Of a stretch of 64,000 nt of DNA, positions 39,014-50,029 are shown one piece after another (positions within the stretch are counted from its first letter, which is position 1; each line of letters begins with the position of its first letter). The stretch spans positions 73,160,001 to 73,224,000 of the forward strand of contig OX597833.1 in assembly GCA_951406725.2 (NCBI GenBank), given 5' to 3'. This stretch comes from Octopus vulgaris (lineage: Eukaryota). Under the pieces are notes generated by a model. It ran no database searches, had not been told where the DNA came from, and was given only the letters and a program-made list of their open reading frames with translations. The translations under genes and the position numbers were made by a program.

Positions 39014-39289
39014 TGTGGGATGACGTCAGCAGCCGGGTGCGTTGACCGGAAGCGGGGCAAGCGGAAGGGGCCAGCTGTCAGGCGTGCGCAGGGAGCGGAA
39101 ATCGCTTTTTCCAACGTGGGTCGTGCAGGTGACAAGACGTGCGAGGACGTCGCTAAGGGTTTGGGCTAGCAGCTGCTATCGTTAGTGTTCGGGTCGGGGC
39201 TGTGAGGAAGGACTAGTCATCTCTGGAGGGTCTCCGTCACTACGAAGAGAAGGTAGGTGCCTCTATATTCAAATCGCGCACTCACTACA
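39014..39289 (+). repeat. 5' LTR (276 bp)
   Basis: Differs from the 3' LTR at 2 positions by manual comparison; contains TGACGTCA at 39021-39028. Confidence 0.97.
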
Positions 39290-39301
39290 AGCTATTTCGG
39301 C
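39290..39301 (+). promoter_or_regulatory. Non-canonical primer-binding site AGCTATTTCGGC
   Basis: Immediately follows the 5' LTR; lacks TGG; reverse complement of GCCGAAATAGCT, the 5' end of metazoan tRNA-Phe(GAA) as recalled from vertebrate and insect sequences. Confidence 0.7.
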
Positions 39302-39334
39302 CGTTCTTAAACATTCACATTTTTTTTCAACACG

Positions 39335-40099
39335 ATGTCTGCAAAAATTAGGATCGCCAGTGACGTCGTCAGAACTTTTAACGGCGAAGGCGATGTAGTG
39401 GCCTGGATTCGCAAAATCAGGCTGGTGGCGAGACTGCAGGGCATAAGCGACGTGGCGAGTCTTATGGCGCTGTATTTGGAAGGGAGCGCGTTGTCGCTCT
39501 ACCTAGAGATGGATGAAGAGGAACGGCTCAGCGATGAGAATATAGAGCGACGCTTGTGTGACGCATACACGGAATGCGAGTACACAGCTTTCGCTAAGCT
39601 AGGTGCAATCAGGTGGACGGGAGGCCAAGTGGACGACTTTGCATCAGAAGCTAGAAGGCTAGCGACTCTGGCCGGGTTTGCCGGAGAAGGACTGGAGAGA
39701 GCAGCCCGACTGGCGTTCGTGAATGGGTTCCCCGACGATGTAGGGATTCACGTACAACGACTGCCCGGGGTTAAAAAGATGCCATTGAGCGAATTTGTAG
39801 CTCAGGCTCGCGCGTTGACGAGACACTCTGGGCGGAAGGCGATAGCGATGGCGGTGACGGAGGCGCGTAAAGACGGACGACGTCCCGAGAAAGAGGTACA
39901 GAAGCTCACCGTGCAACGAGAGCGACCGTTCTCAGGACGGTGTTTTAGATGTCAGGGACCGCACATGGCGCGGGACTGTACGCATCCGGGGCCCGTTTGC
40001 TATCGATGCAGGCAGACAGGGCACATTGCCCGTGATTGCGGCCAGGGAAACGACCGCGGGGAAGTTGCTGCCTCTCGAACTTTCCCCTCAAACGAGTAG
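39335..40099 (+). CDS. gag: Gag with two CCHC zinc knuckles
   Basis: Intact 254-aa ORF; CFRCQGPHMARDC and CYRCRQTGHIARDC. Confidence 0.93.
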   Translation: MSAKIRIASDVVRTFNGEGDVVAWIRKIRLVARLQGISDVASLMALYLEGSALSLYLEMDEEERLSDENIERRLCDAYTECEYTAFAKLGAIRWTGGQVDDFASEARRLATLAGFAGEGLERAARLAFVNGFPDDVGIHVQRLPGVKKMPLSEFVAQARALTRHSGRKAIAMAVTEARKDGRRPEKEVQKLTVQRERPFSGRCFRCQGPHMARDCTHPGPVCYRCRQTGHIARDCGQGNDRGEVAASRTFPSNE

Positions 40100-42831
40100 A
40101 GGCGCTATTGGAGACGCTGCCATTGATTGACGTGGAGGCCGAGGGGGAGACGTTCAAGGCCCTTGTGGTTACGGGCTGTACGACCACCCTGGTGACTTCG
40201 AGGGTGACGAAGAAATGGAACGGGGTGAGTAGTGTCCGGGCTGCAGGCAATTGTGGCCGAACGCGTGATAGATGGGGTTGATGTGGTGATGGGGATGGAC
40301 GCCATCAACTGCCTCGGTGGCGTCAGTGTTGTGGGAAATGAGGTCACGTTCGGAAGCGTGGGGGCGTCGTGCACTGCGAGTCAGGATCGCCAGAGGGAGC
40401 AGAGCCCCGCGAGGGACTGCGCCGCTTACACCATCGAGGACAAAGACTTTCAGGCGGCGTTCGATGGTCAGCGGTGGACGATAGAGTGGCGATGGAAGGA
40501 CGAGCCCCCGACGCTGGAGAACAGGGTGAGCTGTTACCAGCATACCCTGAAAGGCCACGCCAGGGTCGAGTTTGAAGACGAGGTGGAGAGGTGGATCGAG
40601 GAAGGGGTCCTTGTCCCTTGGAAGGAGGAGGTAGCGGGCGGAGTGCTACCCCTGATGGCGGTGGTGCAGCCTACGAAGGGAAAAGTCAGACCGGTGCTGG
40701 ACTTCAGGGAGCTAAACCAGCACATATCGTGTCACACGGGAGGTGAGGCGACAGACGTTTGTGGTGAGGCATTACGTAAGTGGAGACAGTCGACTGAGGC
40801 AGCGACAATTGTCGACTTGAGATCGGCATACTTGCAGCTCCATGTGAGCGACAAACTGTGGCGATATCAGCTGGTGCGGTACAAGGGCCGGACGTACTGT
40901 CTAACCAGGCTGGGTTTCGGGCTGAATTCCGCTCCGAAGATCATGGCGGCAGTGCTTAGGTCCGTCCTAGGGAAAGACGGCAAGATTAGAAAGGCCACCA
41001 GCTCCTACATTGACGACATTTTGGTGGACGAAACTGTAGTGCCAGCCGACGAGGTAGTTAGACATCTGGAGAAGTTCGGACTGATTGCTAAGCCACCGGA
41101 GTCGATTGAAGGGGGAGCCGCGCTGGGGCTGAAGCTGCGAAGAGATGGATCAGGTGAATTGGTGTTCCGGAGAGGAAATGAAATCCCAGAGCTGAGTTCC
41201 AGCGTCAGCAGGAGAGAGCTGTTCTCGGTGTGTGGGAAGTTGGTCGGTCACTACCCGATCGCTGGATGGCTGCGCACGGCGTGTAGTTACACCAAGAGAC
41301 GAGCAGAAGGAGAGAGGTGGGGCGACAAGGTGGGAGAAGGGACGGTGGCGATGATGCAGGAGATCCTAGAGAGGACAAGAGCGGAAGACCCGGTCAGGGG
41401 GAACTGGTACGTGCCCAAGACGAAATGCGGGACCGCCTGGTGTGATGCTAGCAGTATAGCGATAGGGGTGGTGTTGGCAATCGAAGGCACTGCGGTGGAG
41501 GACGCGGCCTGGCTTCGGAAAGCAGATGATTTCAACCACATCAATGTCGCCGAATTAGACGCGCTGCTGAAAGGGGTGAACTTGGCCTTGAAATGGGGGC
41601 TGCGCACGATTGAAATGCGGACGGATTCGGCCACTGTGCTTGGCTGGGTAGGATCGGTGATCACCGGTGACAGGAGAGTGCGGACGAAAGGTGCTGCGGA
41701 GATGTTAGTGAAGCGCCGTCTAGGAGTTCTAGGTGAATTGATCGCCGAATTCGGACTGAAGCTGAACGTGGTTTTCGTGCCTTCAGAGAAAAACAGGGCG
41801 GACGTACTGACCAGGGTGAAAAGAGTGTGGTTGGAAGAACCGGAGGGATAGCTGCGGCGTGTCGGTTGGATGACTCTGAACTGAAGAAACTGCACGCTAT
41901 GCATCACCTGGGTGTGGACAGGACCCTGTATTTGGCAAAAAAAATTGATGCTGACGTCACTAGGAGAAGCGTCCGGAAGGTGGTCGGGAGCTGCGACAGG
42001 TGTCAGTCCATCGACCCTGCTCCGTGTGGGCATGAACAGGGAAGCCTTTCCGTGGAGCAGAACTGGAAAAGGCTAGCTGTGGATGTGACACACTACCGTC
42101 AGCGAATGTACCTCTCCATGGTTGACTGTGGGCCGGGCCGGCTGGCCATTTAGAGGGAGTTGAGATCGGGCATTGCTGACGAGATCGTGCAGATCCTGAA
42201 CGGGAAGAACTACTGATGGAGAGGTCCCGTGGAAGAACTACTGATGGACAACGGGGCGACGTTTCGTTCGGAAGCATTGAGGGTTATGCTTGATCGGTGG
42301 AACGTGCGACGCTTGTTCAGAGCAGCGTATAGGCCGGGCGGTAACGGGATCGTGGAGAGGCACCATCGGACAGTCAAGGCCATAGCGGAAAGAGGGCACA
42401 TTTCGCCGCTTGAAGCAGTTTTTTGGTACAACTTGTCTCCCCGATCCGGACAAGCTGAGGAATCTGTGCCGCAGAGAGCTGTGTTCAAATATGAATGGAG
42501 GCACCCGAGCAAAGCACCGGAGGGTCACGAGGAAGAGAAGGGACCCGTTCGCGTGAAAATAGGGGAGGAAGTCTGGGTCAAGCCACCAAAGGCGCGCTGT
42601 ACGTCTCAATGGAGCAGAGGAACGGTGACGGCGATCAATTCCAGAAGCAACGTATCCGTAGATGGAACACCACGACACGTCTTGGACTTTCGCAGGATTG
42701 TTGCTTCGACGGACGATGATTCTGGAGAGGGGGAGAATGAGGAGCCCAGCTTGAGAAGATCTCGACGAGCAAGGCGCTCTCCCGGTTGGATGGTAGACTA
42801 CAACATTGAGCGGAGAGATTGTGATCTTTAA
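40045..42831 (+). pseudogene. pol: Pol (protease-RT-RNase H-integrase), disrupted
   Basis: PR ALVVTGC (expected LVDTG); RT RPVLDFRELN, DLRSAYLQ, LGFGLNSAP, YIDD; RH WCDAS...HINVAEL...TDS...NRAD; IN H..HH...C..C, AVD, MDNG, NGIVERHHRT. Split over four ORFs by frameshifts and a stop. Confidence 0.93.
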
Positions 42832-42844
42832 GATCAGGGTGGCG

Positions 42845-43120
42845 TGTGGGATGACGTCAGCAGCCGGGTGCGTTGACCGGAAGCGGGGCAGGCGGAAGGG
42901 GCCAGCTGTCAGGCGTGCGCAGGGAGCGGAAATCGCTTTTTCCAACGTGGGTCGTGCAGGTGACAAGACGTGCGAGGACGTCGCTAAGGGTTTGGGCTAG
43001 CAGCTGCTATCGTTAGTGTTCGGGTCGGGGCTGTGAGGAAGGACTAGTCATCTCTGGAGGGTCTCCGTCATTACGAAGAGAAGGTAGGTGCCTCTATATT
43101 CAAATCGCGCACTCACTACA
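42845..43120 (+). repeat. 3' LTR (276 bp)
   Basis: Preceded by an imperfect purine-rich tract AAGATCAGGGTGGCG (42830-42844). Confidence 0.97.
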
Positions 43121-43264
43121 GCGGTGCAGCACTTATGTAATGATGGATGCATAGGAAATAGTTGTGGCAAGTCTGTGTATGAACTGTTTTGCTCAGGAAC
43201 CCATCGTGACCCCCGATTCAAGAATTGAACCCGCGACCTTATGATCTTGAACCGAACTCACTAA

Positions 43265-43487
43265 CCTATTTCTTTACTACCCACAAGGGGCTAAACACAG
43301 AGAGGACAAACAAACGGATTAAGTCGATTATATCGACCCCAGTGCGTAAGTGGTACTTAATTTATCGACCCCGAAAGGATGAAAGGCAAAGTAGACCTCG
43401 GCGGAATTTGAACTCAGAACGTAACGGCAGACGAAATACGGCTACGCATTTCGCCCAGCATGCTAACGTTTCTGCCAGCTCGCCGTA
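43265..43487 (-). mobile_element. Young tRNA-derived SINE with a Deu/Nin-like domain
   Basis: Minus strand GGCGAGCTGGCAGAAACGTTAGC...GAGTTCAAATTCCGCCGAGG...GCCTTTCATCCTTTCGGGGTCGATAAATTAAGTACC; CpGs retained. Confidence 0.85.
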
Positions 43488-44989
43488 TATGAGCGCACGT
43501 GTAGCCTTAGTAAAAGGCTTCATACAAAATATTATTGCATCATTAAGTTTTCATTAAGTTTATAGGCTGACAAAACTTTGAAGTGTCAGGGTACATTGTG
43601 AATCGTGTTCTATTGTGCAAAGAAAGCGAGATTAACTTTCCATAGACAATGACAACAAAATCCGCTACCATCAATTAACTATACAAACAGTGTAGATATG
43701 AAAGTAGAAGTGCGCTTTAGAGGTAACAGAATAACACTAATTGACTCAACACCAGATGCATTATACCTATTCATTTATTTATAGGTCATATATTTCACAA
43801 ACACTAGCAGCGTCAGTTATAGATTTCCGTTATGAGTCAATCATTTATTAATTGAGTGACAAGTTTGTGTTGTACAAATTCGACAGATTAAATATTATTG
43901 GCTTTCTCATCAGTTTTCCCACATATATCATCTGCTAATTTTCTGTAGATTTCGGAATTACTGTTTGGTTTAATTACATTGAATCTACGTAGGAGAAACG
44001 GAAGTTGTTTCCCCACTAGTTGGAAAGTTCACTTCGAAGTTTTGCTAAGTCACCCTTTAAACTTCAGATATATAAGGGATGCATTGGAAAAGTAACTTGA
44101 GATGAAGCCAAAGCTATTTGATTCACCACCATTGTTGCTTCATCAACACGAGTGCAACTACAGCAGCGACTACTATTATTGACCTGACGCTCCAATTTAA
44201 CATCGCTACTTAATTCTGAAGTGACGAATGTGTTGTGTCGTGTAGTGTATTGATAGGTCGAACTGAGGAGACTTAATACGCCAGATTAACATCATCGCCT
44301 GCAGTGTTGTTCGGTTTAACACGGGCTGTAGAACCAGCACATCATTTGAATAATATCACATAACTATTGAGTACCCTTAACAGTGTTCACCCTGTTGCGA
44401 ACATTTCTTCCCCTAGTCAATGGATATGGTCAGCAGGATCTGCAGTGGGGAGTATCGGTGACACTGACGACTTTTATAAAAAAGATGTACTTGAAGTGAT
44501 TCTAATACACTTATATTTCAAGGGCGATGTAAAAGCACAACCGGCACAGCACTTTACTATTTTTCATTATCCCTTCCTTTATATTCTATACCCAGTTTGT
44601 TTATATCATTCACTTTTAAATGTCGATAAATCCAGAACCTGTTACGTTCAAGGAATGATTCCATTTCAGACAGTGGCTTTTCTTCGAATGACATCAGACA
44701 GAAACACCAACTTAAGACAGAGAAAAACACGTCCACTCAAGAGGAACTATTTTTCTCGGGTCAAAAATTAGTATTTATGACATATTTATGGTGAAAATCA
44801 TAGCAGTTGATTCATTTTTAATAAACCATCCAGTTTTTTTCCTTCTCCAATTGATTTTCTGGACAACTTCTAGGAAATCCTGATACTTCTGTAAAGCTAT
44901 TATGGTTAGATAAACTTAAGACAAGGTAGAGACCCTACGAAAGTGCGTGTTGCGTGTGTGTGTGTGTGTGTGTGTGGGGGGGGGTAGGC

Positions 44990-45084
44990 AGTATGACGTC
45001 ATAGCACCGCGGAGACGGAATCTCCGATTGGAGTTACCTCCCTTGAAGTTCTCGTGGCTTCAGTCATTTTCAGGCTTTGACAAG
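44990..45084 (+). promoter_or_regulatory. Putative promoter and non-coding first exon of the downstream gene
   Basis: Full CRE palindrome TGACGTCA at 44994-45001, CpG-rich non-repeat DNA, ATTGG (reverse CCAAT) near 45027, and a donor CAAG|GTAAAG at 45084/45085. The next recognisable exon starts directly with ATG, so a UTR exon is required upstream. Confidence 0.5.
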
Positions 45085-45184
45085 GTAAAGTCTTCTCTCT
45101 CCAATTTCTCTCTTTTTATTGGCAATTTCATACAGATTTTATAGCAAATATATATATATTCTTTATACAAATATATTTTTTTCT

Positions 45185-45248
<64 letters not shown>

Positions 45249-47399
45249 ATTCTTGACATAAATGTGTGTGTAAAAGTAGAACGTGTGACGTCGGTGTCCC
45301 ATTCTCGCACCTTGTTGAATGTATTAAGAGTAAATGATTGCGATTTAGGACGAAAACCAGCTGCTTAATTGAGCTGCTTAATTTAAACAAATAGCAAACA
45401 TCCGTTTCATCATGCATATATTTAAAAACGAACACTTTGTTCTTATTACAGTAATTTAATTAGAGTTTCCACTGCCTGGCGGAGGAGGGTGGAGCGAGCA
45501 GGTGCCTCTGCGTTAGAAACAGATTTATTTTAAGGATGGTCGTTGTTTTCATCTCTATATCCGTTTAATCAATTGATTGCCATCTTCTCCGAAGCAGGAC
45601 AGTCAGGAAATGATGCGCAATACGATGTATCCTGTTATTAGTTATGGAAAGAAAATTAAACGATACATTAATCATAATAACGATGAATTGTTTTATTTTA
45701 TATTAATTACAGTAATTTCAATAATATTAAAAACGGTTTCTAACTTTAGTCACAAGGCTAACAATTCTGAGCCAAGTGGATTACATCGACCCAGTGCTTT
45801 GCCGTGTTTATATCTATTTCCAGTTAATCCCCGCTTCGTTGGTCACTAACATCCTTGCACTTCATTTGTGCTGTTTACTGCACTCAACTGTTTCATGTAA
45901 TGCAGTGAAATAGTGAGAGCTTTCGTGGTATTTTGTTGAGTAATAAAATACAGTGTTCGTCCTCGCCAAGTTTTGGAATTCAGTCTCACGCCTTAACTTG
46001 ATACAAAGGGTTGTACATCTGCTCGGCTCTGTTGCTATTGGCTGTGTTTATCATTGTTTAATCACCAAGCAACTTAGGATCCTGAGTTACTTCAAATTCT
46101 TCCTTTTCACAAGACTGAGATTCAGAGCCCTTTTGCATGGAAAAACCATTTTGTTGTCAGAATTAATTACCAAAAGTCATTATTATACCACAAAATAAAT
46201 TATGAATTTTGGATGTTATGAGAGTCAACAAGCTTTCCTAATTATATCAACTGATTTGGGATTGTTTAGTGTGATGTGATGTCGTATATCTTAGTGCAGC
46301 TTTTCTTAATGCATTAGTATTCTGTAAAGTGAGATTGTTGCTGTTGTGTACCCCAGGGCAGCCCTGATCAAGTACTTCTGTGCTATGCAAATTGTTCCCA
46401 CAAATCCATCTTCTCTGTCTCATTTTAGCTAAGGACCAAACTGCAAATCTGATGTGCAGCTACGAATCGTATGTCAGGGACTGTAACAGTCAACAATGTA
46501 TTACATTTTCCATTCTATTTCTATTAAATTCTGGCAGTGGCCACTGTAAGATGTAGAAAGGTGGATTTGGTCAGAGATTGAGTGTTAATGGTGTGCACCC
46601 TTTCACAGTGTTTTACATCAGCAAAAATATTGGTGTTACAGTTATTTTTATTTGATTGTTTCTTTTTTAATGTTTGTTATGGTTGAATCTTGCATATGCT
46701 GGCAAAATTAATTTTTAGCCTATTTGTTTTGTTGTGTGAGTGGTCTGTGTACAATCTGTCTTGATGTATAGTGCACTTGATTGTGTTCTCTTTAGGGGTG
46801 AGACTGGGTGTCTAGATAGGACAAATATAATCTATGATGGATCTGAAGTATTGTTTGTACACAGTTGGTGCGTGTGGGTTGCAAGAAGCATGTTGTGGTA
46901 GAGTTGTATGCCACAGCTAATAGTGTTGTCTTTGTGTGCGCATGTGAGAGAGAGAAAGAGATGTTTATGTTGAATGTAATTGTTGGTTATATTTGTTGTA
47001 TTCTAAGGGTATTGATAGGAAGGGAGTAGGAGATTTGGTAGGTAACTTGTGGAGCCAGGTTTGTAGGTGATTTAAATAGGGTTGGAGTAGTTATTCAGTG
47101 GTATCTGGAGAACGGTAGGACAATGTCTGTGTGTGTGTGTGTATCTGTCTGTGTCTATGAAGGTAGTGTAGGTATAGGTTGACTAGAGTGGCTGAGAGGA
47201 TGCATCCTTGTGGTACAACATTCAGGAAAATTGTGGGTTCTAGGAGTGTTGCTCTTGTATACTACATGGCCTTTGTGGTCTGGCAGGTAGCAAACTAGTT
47301 AGCGTTTTGTGTTGTTTCTTAAAGATGTTGTTGAGTATTTTTTGTACAAAATGGAGAGCAGGAAATGAAATCAAAATCTGATGGAGAAATACTAAAAAA

Positions 47400-49850
47400 C
47401 TTCATTATAATATAAAACAATTTAAGAGAAAAATGATGGAAAAAATATGAATTAAAATCTGAACACCAATTTTTTTAAGTAATGGAGAAAATAAAAGTAT
47501 AGGTCAAAGCTACATACATACAGTGCTTTGAAAAATGATCCAGGTTCTTCAAAGATAATAACCTGTTTAAAAATAATCCAAAAGATTCTATAGGCATATT
47601 GGAAAGAGCACAATAAAAATAGAAATCCCTTGAGAGGAAGAAATATTTGAGTTTTGGAGTAAAGTTTGGGGAGATGAGAAGGAATCGAATTGTGATACTC
47701 GATGAATTAACTGACAAGAATAATACACTGAGCTTATAGAAGAGCAAATATGGAAAAAGATCAAACTTCCATTGAACAGATCCAGTAAATGGAAGTGGCC
47801 AGGTGAGAACGAGAGACCCAACTATTGGCTTAATGTCTTTACAAATTCACATAGCAAGGTAATTCACTGTTACAATATAATTATGAAGGAAACAGAAGTG
47901 ACTCCAGAATGGCTGACCAAACTTGTATGTTCTTTGCTTCTCAAAAGTGATGAAACAAAAATCCTGAAGTCCCACAGGTCCATAACATGCCTTACAACAA
48001 TGTATGAGGCCCTTTCACCTGTCCTTATGTAATGGATGTCTTCTTGCAACATTTCCCCTGATGGACAAAGATGCTGTAAATGTGGATTGTACAGGTGTTA
48101 ATTAACAAAATTACTCTTGATGATTGTTACAGCAGAAAAACTGTCCGTCAGTGGCCTGAATGGCCTACAAGAAGGCCTTGGATAATCTAAGGCCTGAATG
48201 GCCTACAAGAAGGCCTTAGATAATCTTCCTTCTTGCTGGATAAAGGAATGCCTAATGACATTCAAAATTTCATCAATAAACAGGAATTTTTTGTCTTATG
48301 TCAAGAAGATCTGAATTAATTCTCAACACAGACACTATCATCATCATCATCATCGTTTAACATCAATTTTCCATGCTGGCATGCGTTGGACAGTTCGACT
48401 AAGGGTCTGGGAAGCCAGGGGGCTGCCCCAGGCTCCAATCTGATCTGGCAGTGTTTCTACAGCTGGATGTCCTTCCTAACACCAACTACTCCGATAGTGT
48501 AGTGGGTGGTTTTTACATGCCACTGGCACAGGGACCAGAGGGTGCTGGCATTGACCACTTTTGGATGGTGCTTTTACGTGCCATCAGCACAGGAGCCAGT
48601 CAAGGCATCAGCCATGTTCGGATGGTGCTTTTTATGTGCCACTGGCATAGGGACCAGTCGGGGCAAGGTGGCTGGCATCGACCACATTTGGATGGTGCTT
48701 TTTACATGACACCAGCACAGGGAGCCAGACAGGTGGCACTGGCATCAGCCACAGTTACAATTTCCATTTGAAATAATTACTATAATTGTAAAAGTAAATT
48801 CCTGAATAAAACCATTGATCATCTCTATATGGATGACTTGAAGCCTTCTGTGAAAAATGGTTAACAACTGCAAGCACTCCTACACACAGTCAGACAATTT
48901 ATTGATGATATTAAAATGGATTTGGGCTTGACTGTTGCAACAAAGTTCTAACTGTTAAAGAGCTACCAAAATAAAAGAATTAGAATTTGAGAGCATTTAG
49001 AAGTATCTAGGAGACTGTAAAGGAGATGAAATCATGGAGTCACTAATGAAAAGAAATTATTAGAAAGCAGTGATATGGTAAGGAGCTCTTCTAGAACTCA
49101 AGTTGACTGCCAGAAAGAAGACCCAAGGCCATACGCATGTCTAATCATATACAGCTTCAATGTTATATATTGGTCCACCTCTGAGATCAACAAAGTTGAT
49201 GTCATAATCCAAAAGCAGATGATCCCCCCCACACACATATGCATCACCCCAAATGCACAGACTGAGTACACTTTGTGAGAAAAGAATGTGGTGGGAAGTT
49301 GATACAATCTCAATTCACTGAAAATTGCAACCATGGGTCTTTCTGTCTACAACAGTCAAATGCTTGGATGTTAAAGCTGGTTCTGAAACGTGAAGATAGC
49401 AAACAGTTGCATGTTGTAATGAAGAATCAAAAGTATTCCTTCATGAAATGCAGCCAGACAAATGAGAATCTGAAGAAAATGGATCTTCAGCTGACAAAGA
49501 AAATATAGCCAAACAAACCAGCTTCCAATATGCTAAGGAGACATGAGGGCCAAAATCAACAGATAGAAAATTTCAGAATAGAGTCAGGGATCCTGATGTA
49601 GACCAAACCCTTACCTATCCATAGCGGACATGCTCTGGTCTCAAACCAGAAACTGAGGGTTTATCACTGCTGCTCAGGATCGGTTCCTTCCAACTAAGAA
49701 TTGGAGACAGAAATCGGAAGACTGTGGCATCTTAAAGCAACAATACCTATTGCAATTGGGGCACTTGGAATGATGTCAAAATGTGCCAACAAATAATGCA
49801 GCCTCAAAATAAGTGAATCACATGGCTCTTCCCCTATTGGCATCTTTATA
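47400..49850 (+). mobile_element. R4/Dong-like non-LTR retrotransposon relic
   Basis: PNYWLN, TPEWLT..., HRSITCLTTMY, LYMDDLK, HPNA, GLKPETEG...AAQD and IAIGALGM remnants; interrupted by an RTE at 48338-48770. Confidence 0.75.
48338..48770 (-). mobile_element. RTE 3' end
   Basis: (CAT)n terminus and four sub-repeats. Confidence 0.85.
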
Positions 49851-50029
49851 TGCAAAATCTTGTTGTCCCTTGATGTTTCTGGCTAAGACTTGGCTGCAGT
49901 TTGTGTCAGTTAAAGCAAAACCAAAACATAACAATACAGTGATGGAACAGTGACAAAAAGGACAAAAGAATCATCAGGGCAATATATTGCTCTTGCAAAG
50001 GTAAGACAACAACAACAACAACAATAATA

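Larger units (their letters stand above)
39014..43120 (+). mobile_element. Full-length Ty3/Gypsy-type LTR retrotransposon (4107 bp), recently inserted, coding-defective
   Basis: TG...CA LTRs at 39014-39289 and 42845-43120; 5-bp TSD GCGGT (39009-39013, 43121-43125); domain order gag-PR-RT-RH-IN. Confidence 0.97.

Noticed and set aside
41287-42966. Antisense ORFs of 248 and 242 aa over pol
   Set aside because: Expected shadow ORFs in GC-rich coding DNA; no motif supports an antisense gene.
43265-43487. tRNA-like A/B boxes
   Set aside because: SINE head with a long non-tRNA body and many copies; not a tRNA gene.
44367-44771. 134-aa ORF upstream of the putative promoter
   Set aside because: Non-ATG start, no recognisable homology and no splice signals.
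48153-48226. 38-bp tandem duplication
   Set aside because: Local slippage within a dead R4-like LINE; no functional implication. The same applies to the 36-bp duplication at ~30550-30620.
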